Shown here: positions 1 through 8,404 of the stretch, in pieces
Layout of the letters: each line of letters opens with the position of its first letter
Position numbering within the stretch: the stretch's first letter is position 1
DNA from: Cenarchaeum sp.
GTDB lineage: Archaea > Thermoproteota > Nitrososphaeria > Nitrososphaerales > Nitrosopumilaceae
Length of the DNA: 64,000 nt
NCBI GenBank assembly: GCA_965212015.1
Contig: OZ243037.1
Location: 1,600,001 to 1,664,000, forward strand
Direction of reading: 5' to 3'
Position numbers and translations under genes: made by a program
Notes under the pieces: model-generated
Seen by the model: only the letters and a program-made list of their open reading frames with translations
Database searches by the model: none
Told to the model about the DNA's origin: nothing

Positions 1-93
1 CCAGGTGCCGGCAGCGCGACGTGATATCATTCACCGTGACAGTCGGCGAGGTTAAAGACGGGCAAGAGTACGACAAGCGGGGAGTCTCTACGA

Positions 94-414
94 TCATTCA
101 CATAGTGTGACCTTGATTACGACCCTTTTTTCCCGGGCCCTCTCGCTGCCCGGATACTTTAGGCCCGATATCCTCGCCGCAAGCCCATTATCAGTCACCA
201 GGCTGGCCCTGCCGGCAAGCTCTGAGCCGTCAATGCGCACCGTTACGTCCGGGTTTTTCAGCGCGTTTTGAAACCAGTCGCCATCGGGCCTGTGCCTTGA
301 AAAATAAATCCCGCCCCCGTACATTACTGCTAGCAGCCACACAGAGTGCCTCTGCCCCGACCTTCTTCCCAGCGTGGTCAGCACCGCCTTGAATGGCTGA
401 TCCTTGCCTTGCAT
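94..414 (-). CDS. Nitroreductase/deazaflavin (F420)-dependent oxidoreductase family protein (split-barrel)
   Basis: LTTLGRRSGQRH and DWFQNALKNPDVTV motifs typical of DUF385/Ddn-like proteins. Confidence 0.75.
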   Translation of the reverse strand: MQGKDQPFKAVLTTLGRRSGQRHSVWLLAVMYGGGIYFSRHRPDGDWFQNALKNPDVTVRIDGSELAGRASLVTDNGLAARISGLKYPGSERAREKRVVIKVTLCE

Positions 415-501
415 GGTGCGCGTAGGATGTCAAGTAATTTAACCCCATGGATGGATTTTTCTGATATTCGGTATGATAAGGAAATCCCAAAACCATGACC
501 C

Positions 502-948
502 ATGTCAAAGCCAGAAATGAGCCCGAAACTCGTGGCAGCGGACGCCTTTACCGGCAAGAAGGTAGTTGACCGCGAGGGAACAAAGTTCGGCAAAGTCAAG
601 CACATTCACATAAACCAGGACACCATGACCGTGTCGGGAGTAACCGTCAACCACGGGTATCGCAAGGACTATTTTCTTCCAGAGACGTTCATTGACAAAT
701 TCACCGACGAGACGCTTTTGCTCAGCACCCCTCCCGTGAGAACGTCAATTCCGGTAGTGGACATTGACGGACACAAGATCGGCAAGGTAAAACAGCTAAA
801 CAAAAACCCGGACACAGGCGAGCTTGAATCAATCACAGTCTCTGACGGAATTCTAAGCTCAAAGATAGTCTCAAAGACGGAGATATGGGGGATTGGCGAA
901 AAGATAATCCTCAAGGTAACAAAAAAAGAGTTTGAAAAGCTGGCCTGA
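502..948 (+). CDS. Tandem PRC-barrel domain protein
   Basis: Two repeats of the V(V/I)DxxGxKxGKV motif (GKKVVDREGTKFGKV; PVVDIDGHKIGKV). Confidence 0.75.
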   Translation: MSKPEMSPKLVAADAFTGKKVVDREGTKFGKVKHIHINQDTMTVSGVTVNHGYRKDYFLPETFIDKFTDETLLLSTPPVRTSIPVVDIDGHKIGKVKQLNKNPDTGELESITVSDGILSSKIVSKTEIWGIGEKIILKVTKKEFEKLA

Positions 949-1108
949 TTCGGGCATCCGTGCCGGGGCCCGGCCAGACTCGTCGCAGGACATGATAGAT
1001 TTAGTAAGGCAGGATGCCGCCGTTGGGTGATAATGAAAATTGGCAGTAATTCTGGGATCGGTTTACAAAAACAAACCCTTATAACGTACCAGTACCGTAC
1101 ATTACGGT

Positions 1109-2269
1109 ATGAACATGGATAACTTTGATTTGTCAGATCTCGAAGGCGTGGGACCTGTCACAAAAAAGAAACTTGAGGAAGCCGGAATACACAACATGAT
1201 GGATCTTGTCGTAAGAGGCCCAGTAGAACTGGGAGAGATATCCAGCATGACTCCTGAAACCTGTGACAAAATAGTCACCATTGCACGAAAACAGCTTGCA
1301 GAAAGCGGGACAATAACTAAAGACTTTGCATCCGCAACTGAAATCTACAAAAAGAGGCAAAACATCGGAAAAATCACGACTAGTACGGAATCGCTTGATA
1401 AATTATTGGGCGGAGGAATCGAAACGCAGGCAATCACGGAAATATTCGGCGAGTTTGGCTCTGGTAAGACACAGATATGTCATACCATGTGTGTCATGAC
1501 TCAAAAACCCAAAGAGGAAGGCGGTCTTGATGGCGGAGTTTTGTACATCGATACGGAAGGAACATTCAGGCCGGAAAGAGTCGTATCTATTGCCAAAGCA
1601 CACAATATGGATCCAGAAAAAGTACTGGACAGGATAATTGTTGCAAGGGCGTACAATAGCGCGCATCAGGTTCTGATACTGGAAGAGGCAGGAAAGACGA
1701 TACAGGAAGAAAACATCAAACTGATTATATCTGATTCCACCACCGGGTTGTTTAGGGCCGAATATTTGGGACGAGGAACTCTGGCAAACAGACAGCAAAA
1801 GCTTGGACGGTACATACGATTGTTATCAAGGATTGCAGAGACATACAACTGTGCAGTCATTGCGACAAACCAGGTATCATCCAGCCCAGACTCCTTCTTT
1901 GGCGATCCGACAAGACCGGTCGGCGGCAACATAATGGGGCACGCAAGCACGTATAGGATTTACTTTAGAAAAGGAGGTAAAAACAAGCGTGTTGCAAAAA
2001 TCATTGACAGCCCGCACCACGCCGCTAGCGAAGAGGTCTTTGAGCTAGGCGAAAAAGGGGTTCAGGACACAGAAGACTATCTAAAGCAGATGGAAAAAGA
2101 CGCCAAAAAAGCAGAAAAAGAGGTCGAAAAGTTGGCCAAAGAGACGGCCAAGCAGGAAAAACAGACGGCAAAGAAAAACCCGCCTGCGAATCCAAAAAAC
2201 GATCAACCATCCGTCACAGAGTCACCTGATCTGGAATCCTTTGACGAGTCTGAACCAGACATCGAATAG
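1109..2269 (+). CDS. radA: DNA repair and recombination protein RadA
   Basis: N-terminal HhH (LEGVGP), Walker A GEFGSGKT, YIDTEGTFRPER, charged C-terminal tail. Confidence 0.97.
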   Translation: MNMDNFDLSDLEGVGPVTKKKLEEAGIHNMMDLVVRGPVELGEISSMTPETCDKIVTIARKQLAESGTITKDFASATEIYKKRQNIGKITTSTESLDKLLGGGIETQAITEIFGEFGSGKTQICHTMCVMTQKPKEEGGLDGGVLYIDTEGTFRPERVVSIAKAHNMDPEKVLDRIIVARAYNSAHQVLILEEAGKTIQEENIKLIISDSTTGLFRAEYLGRGTLANRQQKLGRYIRLLSRIAETYNCAVIATNQVSSSPDSFFGDPTRPVGGNIMGHASTYRIYFRKGGKNKRVAKIIDSPHHAASEEVFELGEKGVQDTEDYLKQMEKDAKKAEKEVEKLAKETAKQEKQTAKKNPPANPKNDQPSVTESPDLESFDESEPDIE

Positions 2270-2279
2270 GACAATCCTA

Positions 2280-2296
2280 TTTTTTTATTTTTTTTT
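2280..2296 (+). terminator. Oligo-T archaeal terminator after radA
   Basis: TTTTTTTATTTTTTTTT about 10 nt after the radA stop codon. Confidence 0.6.
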
Positions 2297-2611
2297 ACGA
2301 CCAGTGTGACATGCCGTCTTGCCGCAAAATAACGGCCCTGGAAAACGCCCCGTCTGGCCAAACAGTGATGCGCCTGATCTGTCTGCTATACGTGGCTGCC
2401 TTTTTCCAGTCCCGCCTTTGCGTCCACAGAAACGCATGGCATTTCCTTGCGGCCTGCATGCAATCCGGCGCCGCATCCGGAGGGCTCATGCGGGCAGAAA
2501 TCTGGCCGGATTGGCGGGGCCCCCAAGCACCGGTTTTACGATATCCTGCCCCGTGCGTCCTGCCAGTTGTTTTTAATCATTAAAATAAGGCTTTTTGATC
2601 CCTACTCAAAT

Positions 2612-2911
2612 ATGGCTACAAAGAAAACATCCGGCAGATCCCACGGATTCAGGCATAAATCAAGATCCGTAATGACAAAGAAATTCTCCAGGGGCGTGTC
2701 GTTTCTTCTCAGGGAGTATCACGAGGGGCAGAGGGCCCTAGTTATAATCGACCCCAGGCAGCACAAGGGGCTGCCTCACAGGAGATACCATGGAAAGGTA
2801 GGCACAGTCACCAATGTGGGCAGGCGTGCCGTTACCCTGGATGTGAATCTGGGCAACAAAACAAAAACCTTAATCACTAGATACGACCACATAAAACCGT
2901 TCGGTGTATAG
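2612..2911 (+). CDS. rpl21e: 50S ribosomal protein L21e
   Basis: ATG at 2612 (MATKKTSGRSHGFRHKSR), KGLPHRRYHGKVG motif; the longer ORF from 2447 is an over-extension. Confidence 0.95.
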   Translation: MATKKTSGRSHGFRHKSRSVMTKKFSRGVSFLLREYHEGQRALVIIDPRQHKGLPHRRYHGKVGTVTNVGRRAVTLDVNLGNKTKTLITRYDHIKPFGV

Positions 2912-2913
2912 CG

Positions 2914-3240
2914 ATGGAAGAGGTAAAAAAGAAACAGGCGATATCTATTTCTGAGGTCAAGGAAATTCTTGGAAAGGAGGATCCTGAGAAAATGGATCAA
3001 ATCCAGCGCTGGGCGTTTGACTATGTCACAAAGTTCGTAAAGACTGATCCAAAGGACGCCAAAAAAATGAAACGGCAGCTAGTCAAGGAATGCGAGCTAA
3101 CGGAGGAGGAGGCCGTCGAGATAGTGAACATCAGGCCCACGACCCTGGCAGAACTGCGCTCCTTTACGTTTGGATGGAAGAAACTGATTCTTGCAGAGAC
3201 GCTTGAAAAAATACTCAAAACGATAAAGGAGTATTCCTAA
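2914..3240 (+). CDS. rpo4: RNA polymerase subunit Rpo4 (RpoF)
   Basis: EEAVEIVNIRPTTLAELR HRDC-like motif; conserved rpl21e-rpoF-DUF655-rsmA synteny. Confidence 0.92.
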   Translation: MEEVKKKQAISISEVKEILGKEDPEKMDQIQRWAFDYVTKFVKTDPKDAKKMKRQLVKECELTEEEAVEIVNIRPTTLAELRSFTFGWKKLILAETLEKILKTIKEYS

Positions 3241-3248
3241 TTAAACCG

Positions 3249-3824
3249 GTGAATTCTTTGCAAGGTGAAGACGCCCCGGTTAGAAAATACGAGGAATATG
3301 CATGTGTTCTGGATTATAACGTCATGGACAGGTCTACTACGATAAAGGGCCGGGAGGGAATCATAGTCATTGCAATAGGCGAGGACTGGCTGACGCTGCT
3401 GGAAATACTCGGGATTCCAAACACGGATTTTGAGATTGGCGAAAAAATATTCATAGGCAAGGAGGGCAGGACCAAGGTGCTCTCCGTGCTGGGAAAGATG
3501 GAGTATAAAAAAATCTCAGACACGGCAAAGCACGAGCTGCCTGCAATAGTCGAGAACATAGTGACCACCAACGAGAAAAGATTCGTTGACTATCTGAACA
3601 ACGCGCGCCCGCTGACCCCGCGCGTGCACGCATTTGAGCTGATTCCCGGAATCGGCAAGGCCTACATGAAGGTAATGCTGGAGGAAAGGGACAGGCAAAA
3701 ATTCGAAAGCTATGCGGATCTTCAAGAGAGGGTGGGACTGAAAAACCCGATCAAACACATCACGGAGAGAATACTCGACGAGATTACCGGGGACCAGAGA
3801 ATGAACATTTTTGTAAAGCGATGA
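3249..3824 (+). CDS. DUF655 family putative RNA-binding protein
   Basis: YEEYACVLDY, LTLLE, HAFELIPGIGK HhH motif; synteny. Confidence 0.9.
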   Translation: MNSLQGEDAPVRKYEEYACVLDYNVMDRSTTIKGREGIIVIAIGEDWLTLLEILGIPNTDFEIGEKIFIGKEGRTKVLSVLGKMEYKKISDTAKHELPAIVENIVTTNEKRFVDYLNNARPLTPRVHAFELIPGIGKAYMKVMLEERDRQKFESYADLQERVGLKNPIKHITERILDEITGDQRMNIFVKR

Positions 3825-4522
3825 AGAGGCAGCGGCTGGGACAACATTTCTTAAAATCCAAAAAAATCGCCCGGCTTGTGGTGGACGCGGCGCAACTGAC
3901 CAAGCGCGACACCGTCCTTGAAATAGGGACGGGACGCGGGATTCTGACCGGTCTTCTGTGCGAGGGCGCGCGCAGGGTGGTCTCTGTGGAATCCGACAAA
4001 AAGCTGTACGCCGATGCGGCCGGTGCGATGGGCGGCCTTGCAAACCTCAGTCTGGTGTGCGGGGACGGATTCAAGACCAAAGAAAAGTTTACCGTCTTTG
4101 TATCCAACCTGCCGTACTCTGAGAGCAAAAAGGCCATAGAGTGGCTCGTACAGCGGAATTTTTCGCGCGGGGTGGTGATGGTCCAAAAAGAGTTCGCCCA
4201 AAAGCTGGCCGCAGTGTCTGCCGGGGACCGCAAGGCGATCAGCGTTCTTGCCAGGCACTCGTTTGACATAAAGGAGATTGCGCGCGTGCAAAAAAGCAGC
4301 TTTGATCCCGCGCCGACGGTGGATTCCGTAATACTGGAGCTAAAAAAGATAAAGACCCTGCCGCATCCGGTCATAAAGACGGTAAACAGGATATTTTCAT
4401 ACAGGCGCAAGACACTGCAAAACATACTAGTGCAGTTTGGCAAAAGGACAAATGATCAGAGGCGCCTCGCTGATCTGACGGGCGATGAGATAATCGGGAT
4501 TGCAAGGCATGTCCTCAGATAG
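3821..4522 (+). CDS. rsmA: 16S rRNA adenine dimethyltransferase RsmA/KsgA
   Basis: LGQHFL, VLEIGTGRG, VSNLPY, QKEFA motifs. Confidence 0.93.
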   Translation: MKRQRLGQHFLKSKKIARLVVDAAQLTKRDTVLEIGTGRGILTGLLCEGARRVVSVESDKKLYADAAGAMGGLANLSLVCGDGFKTKEKFTVFVSNLPYSESKKAIEWLVQRNFSRGVVMVQKEFAQKLAAVSAGDRKAISVLARHSFDIKEIARVQKSSFDPAPTVDSVILELKKIKTLPHPVIKTVNRIFSYRRKTLQNILVQFGKRTNDQRRLADLTGDEIIGIARHVLR

Positions 4523-5039
4523 CGCGCAGTATGATCCGGCGGAGGACACCTTTTTCCTCGACGATCACATAAAAAACAAAAGCGGGCACTCTGCACTTGA
4601 CATTGGCAGCGGTTCTGGATACCTCACCCGGGCGCTCTCAAAGTCATTCGAGTTCGTCGTGGGCACCGACATTAGCCACTCCGTACTGAGGCAGCAGACC
4701 TACAAGACCCCCAACATCATATGCTGTAATGGGGCAGATGCCATACGCCACACGTTTGATCTGATCGTCTGCAACCTTCCGTACCTTGCGACTGACGAAA
4801 TCCTGGACGTGGCGACTGACGGCGGGAAGGAGGGAACAGAGGTTCCGCTTTTGATAATAAAATCGGCGATTCCGCGCATAAAAAAGGGGGGCAAGTTCCT
4901 CTTTGTCACATCATCGCTTTCAAACCACCAAAAGCTCGTCGATGCCGTGAAATCCTGCGGCCTTGATGCAAAAATACTGTCACGAAAAAAGCTTTTTTTT
5001 GAAGAGCTGATAATAATAGAGGCCTCGCAGTCACCCTAG
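4509..5039 (+). CDS. HemK/PrmC-like SAM-dependent methyltransferase
   Basis: YDPAEDTFFL, LDIGSGSG, NLPY, LFFEEL motifs. Confidence 0.85.
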   Translation: MSSDSAQYDPAEDTFFLDDHIKNKSGHSALDIGSGSGYLTRALSKSFEFVVGTDISHSVLRQQTYKTPNIICCNGADAIRHTFDLIVCNLPYLATDEILDVATDGGKEGTEVPLLIIKSAIPRIKKGGKFLFVTSSLSNHQKLVDAVKSCGLDAKILSRKKLFFEELIIIEASQSP

Positions 5040-6068
5040 TCTCTGCTGCGCCCTCTTGGATATCTCGTCGGACATTTGCGTCATGGTTGCGCTGCCGCCG
5101 ATATCAAACGTGACGAACTTTCCCTCGTTGATCACGTCCTGCGTGGCCCCAAATATCGCGTCCCTGATGTCCGTCTCGCCCAGATACTCTGCCATCCACG
5201 CCCCGGAGAGCACGGCTGCGGTGGGGTTTACCTTGTTTTGTCCCGCAAACGACGGCGCGCTTCCGTGCGCCGCCTCAAACATTGCAAAGCCGTCGCCCAT
5301 GTTTGCCGAATAGATCAGTCCGATCGAGCCTACCAGTCCCGAGGCCAGCTCGGAGATTATGTCCATGAACAGGTTCGTGCTGACTAGCACCGCGCCGTTA
5401 TAGTCCTCGGTAGCCACGATCAGCTGCTGGGCCATGTTGTCTATGTATATCTCGGAGAGCTTTATGTCCGGATGATCGCCTGTCGCCGCCTGCATCTCCT
5501 CCCAAAAGATTCCGTCTGTCTGCCTTAGTATGTTCCTTTTTGTGATGGCCACCATCTTTTTGTTGCCGTGTTTTTCCGCCCACCGTACGGCCATCCTTGC
5601 GAACCTGCGGCAGCCCTGGCGCGTGATCTTTCTTATTGCAATGGCAGCATCGTCTGTGATCTTTGCCTCCACTCCGGTGTAAAGGCCCTCTGTGGCCTCC
5701 CTAAAGCACACGCAGTCCAGCTTTTTGTCTGTCAGCCTTGAATACGTCTTGCACGGCCTGATGTTGGAGTAGAGCTCGAACTTTTGCCTCAGGGTCACTG
5801 CCACGCTTTTTGGCATGTCCGGCTCGGGGATTGTAGTCGTGGGACCCTTGAAGCACGCGTCGGACTCTTTGAGTATCTCCATGGTGTGGTCGGGAATGTA
5901 TGACTCGTCCCTGCGGCGGTTTTTCTCCCACTGTTCGGATCCCGCCTCGCAGACGACAAGCTCCGACTGCATGCCGCAGTCCCTGAGAATTCCCAGCATG
6001 CTGTCTACTAGCTCCGGACCTATGCCGTCTCCCCTCATGACGGCAGCTTTTTTTACCAAGGCAGGCAC
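5031..6068 (-). CDS. Isocitrate/isopropylmalate dehydrogenase family protein
   Basis: GDGIGPE, FREATEGLY, NLFMDIISE, FEAAHGSAP, NP motif; start may be the TTG at 6059. Confidence 0.9.
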   Translation of the reverse strand: MPALVKKAAVMRGDGIGPELVDSMLGILRDCGMQSELVVCEAGSEQWEKNRRRDESYIPDHTMEILKESDACFKGPTTTIPEPDMPKSVAVTLRQKFELYSNIRPCKTYSRLTDKKLDCVCFREATEGLYTGVEAKITDDAAIAIRKITRQGCRRFARMAVRWAEKHGNKKMVAITKRNILRQTDGIFWEEMQAATGDHPDIKLSEIYIDNMAQQLIVATEDYNGAVLVSTNLFMDIISELASGLVGSIGLIYSANMGDGFAMFEAAHGSAPSFAGQNKVNPTAAVLSGAWMAEYLGETDIRDAIFGATQDVINEGKFVTFDIGGSATMTQMSDEISKRAQQRLG

Positions 6069-6126
6069 ATTTCAAGAAATTATTATTTAACTCTTGATAA
6101 TCGTGGCCGGCGCCCGTCATGCGCCT

Positions 6127-6408
6127 CTAGGAGGTGACCTCGACGCCGTTCCAAAAGGCTATTCTTCCCCTGATCTTTTTTGCGGCGTCGTTTGGCTCTG
6201 CATAGTACCACGCGCAGTCCTTGTTTGTCTGCCCGCCTGCGTTTACCGAGTAATAGCTCGCAGTCCCCTTCCATCCGCAAAACGACGTAAAGTCGCTTTG
6301 TTCCAGAAATTCCTTTTTTACGGACTCGGCGGGAAAATAGTGGTTTCCCTCGACTATTACAGTGTCGTCGCTTTCCGCTATTACGGTGCCGTTCCAGACT
6401 GCCTTCAT
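6127..6408 (-). CDS. DUF427 domain protein
   Basis: AVWNGTVIAESD, EGNHYFP, CGWKGTASYY, AWYY motifs. Confidence 0.9.
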   Translation of the reverse strand: MKAVWNGTVIAESDDTVIVEGNHYFPAESVKKEFLEQSDFTSFCGWKGTASYYSVNAGGQTNKDCAWYYAEPNDAAKKIRGRIAFWNGVEVTS

Positions 6409-6442
6409 GGTATGCCTGTGTCTGGAACTTATTTAAAACAAT

Positions 6443-6454
6443 CCCCGACTCGGG
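6443..6454 (+). repeat. Left 12-bp direct repeat CCCCGACTCGGG (contains palindrome CCCGA-C-TCGGG)
   Basis: Identical copy at 12829-12840. Confidence 0.7.
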
Positions 6455-6708
6455 CGGCAAGTCATACGATCAAGGGGGGCTCGCCCCAATCATGATGGCC
6501 GTCTGTGTTATTTACCACGGGTCTTTCTGGAACGTGATTTACGTGCCTTTACCTCCGTTTGTATTCCTTATGATATTCTCGCTGTATTTCTGCGCATGAT
6601 TTTGTGAAACTGTGTGTTTTTTGTGCGTTATGGATCGTATTTTGCCGTGTTTTGTAACTTTGAGATGTGCAGTTATGTTCAAGTCATGCAAAATTGTTGC
6701 GAGATGGT

Positions 6709-7533
6709 CTAATCCGCATATCCTCTAATCTTTGAATTGTTTTTCCCTTTAAAACTGTTAACCACATTTTTCATTTCAGTTTTTGTGATTCCGATGGCGC
6801 CAGCCGCCATTTGATAGTCGCGTTCCTCGATTTTAGAGAGCGCATCGTATATGACATTCTTGGCCATTAAATCCAAAACTCTGGTTTTTAGCTTTTCCGG
6901 TTTCATTCCGGAATGCCATATCAGGGCATAAATGTCCGCAATATCCTTCCATTTTTTGTGATCTTTGGTTCTTTGTGGTAATGATTTTATCTTGGTAGCG
7001 AGTAAAACTTCGGGTTTTGGAATTTGAATCAATACGTCAAAATACTTGATTTCAACAAACTGTCTTTCCTCAAATATCATTCCCAATAGCGTTTCATCTA
7101 TGGGTTGTACGCCCAAAACATCCTTAATGTTGTCAGGAATATTATCGACAATTGGATCCACATACAAATCAAACAAATCATATTGTGGAGTTTTTTTTGC
7201 CTGTTCTGGGGTCAGCGCATGTTTAGTTTCCCTATGATAATGCTGAACCAGCCTAAAACTAATGGAATAAAACCCAATCTCTTCCAATGCCTGTATGGAC
7301 TGATTAAAAGCAGACGTCTTCAATGATTCCTTGGTCTCATTTTTGGAAAAATGAAATCCCAAATCAATATCTTTGGAGCCATGATAATCTCTTCCTTTCT
7401 CCTTTCTATAGTTTGCATTTACGGTAAAATAAATGGCCCATCCACCAAGCAGGCAGACAGGTTTTGTTACTTTGGAGAATACAGCACCCAAATTATTTTT
7501 TGAGATTTCGGTCTCATAATCTTCGTATAGCAT
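6709..7533 (-). CDS. AbiEii-like nucleotidyltransferase toxin (type IV TA)
   Basis: LLGGWA...GSKDIDL polymerase-beta NTase motif; C-terminal LLATKIKSL..RT..K..KDIADIYAL motif; overlaps upstream gene by 20 nt. Confidence 0.75.
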   Translation of the reverse strand: MLYEDYETEISKNNLGAVFSKVTKPVCLLGGWAIYFTVNANYRKEKGRDYHGSKDIDLGFHFSKNETKESLKTSAFNQSIQALEEIGFYSISFRLVQHYHRETKHALTPEQAKKTPQYDLFDLYVDPIVDNIPDNIKDVLGVQPIDETLLGMIFEERQFVEIKYFDVLIQIPKPEVLLATKIKSLPQRTKDHKKWKDIADIYALIWHSGMKPEKLKTRVLDLMAKNVIYDALSKIEERDYQMAAGAIGITKTEMKNVVNSFKGKNNSKIRGYAD

Positions 7534-8119
7534 CCTTTTCCACCTTTTCTAGCAGCATGTCCCCCGCTTCGGTACATACGCCGTTCTCATTATATAAATC
7601 CAGCACCACTTGGGGTACTGACACCAGTGTAAGATCGTCCACTTTGAATGACTTGTAAAAAACATGATCATCTCCCGTTAAAATTCGAACGTTTCCCTGT
7701 CCGACCAGACCGTTTTCACTCATTAACTCGTGCCATTTTTGCTTGTCCTTGGAATGAATATAGATGTCAGTCCGTGACGGAAACAGATAGTTCTGTATCC
7801 TGTTTTCCGCCTGGTACGTTGTCAGCGCGTATTCCAGATCCGTTCCTTTCAAAAGATCCAGCGGTCCTTGCACCATATAGTCCCGATATTTTGGAGCGGG
7901 CTGCCATCTTTTCCACCATTCCATTAACAAGCTGAAATTTTTTACCTGGGTTTTGTGGATGATCCCCTGCTCATCTAATCCCCGCAACACATTGTAAATC
8001 CATGGATATGCGCTTTCCGCCAGTTTTGCTATTCGGTATTTTGTCATTGTGCCGTTAGGATCATTAAACAGGATTCTTGCCACCCTGCCCTTGATGTCAG
8101 TCCTCGTTTCTTTTTTCAT
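7514..8119 (-). CDS. AbiEi-like antitoxin / wHTH transcriptional regulator
   Basis: N-terminal wHTH (MTKYRIAKLAESAYPWIYNVLRGLDEQGII) and C-terminal VSVPQVVLDLY resembling AbiEi_2-type antitoxins. Confidence 0.7.
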   Translation of the reverse strand: MKKETRTDIKGRVARILFNDPNGTMTKYRIAKLAESAYPWIYNVLRGLDEQGIIHKTQVKNFSLLMEWWKRWQPAPKYRDYMVQGPLDLLKGTDLEYALTTYQAENRIQNYLFPSRTDIYIHSKDKQKWHELMSENGLVGQGNVRILTGDDHVFYKSFKVDDLTLVSVPQVVLDLYNENGVCTEAGDMLLEKVEKDAIRRL

Positions 8120-8238
8120 TATATAGTTTTATATTAAATAATATGCCTAATAAAGATATATAGTTTTATGTTAAATATATATTGTAAAAACTATAATTCA
8201 TGCCTATATTTGATTAATTTTATGAAAAATCAGGCATA
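8120..8238 (-). promoter_or_regulatory. AT-rich promoter with direct and inverted operator-like repeats upstream of the AbiE-like operon
   Basis: TATATAGTTTTAT(A/G)TTAAATA at 8120-8140 and 8157-8177; inverted AAAACTATA at 8187-8195; ATGCCT at 8143 and 8200 versus AGGCAT at 8232. Confidence 0.65.
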
Positions 8239-8404
8239 ATTTTCTTTAAATAGTGTTTTAGGATGATATGAGGCCACCATGCCAGCTGCCTCTACTGCTA
8301 TACACAGGCCGTATATGCCCTCTCATTTATTGAGCCAAAAACGTCCTCATTTTATGGGGTCCAGTCCAATTTTCACCCGATGAGAAAACTAGCATGTCCA
8401 TCAA

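Noticed and set aside
1-110. Possible 3' end of a plus-strand ORF (...VISFTVTVGEVKDGQEYDKRGVSTIIHIV*)
   Set aside because: Partial, no recognisable motif, cannot be supported
2311-2611. Short ORFs and the N-terminal extension of rpl21e
   Set aside because: GC-rich spacer with no protein-like motifs; L21e homology starts at 2612
6538-6690. ~50-codon minus-strand ORF downstream of the NTase toxin
   Set aside because: No motif or start context; may be remnant sequence
8120-8195. Repeats considered as a mini-CRISPR array
   Set aside because: Only two 21-bp units with a 16-nt gap, AT-rich, abutting a start codon; no cas genes, so an operator fits better
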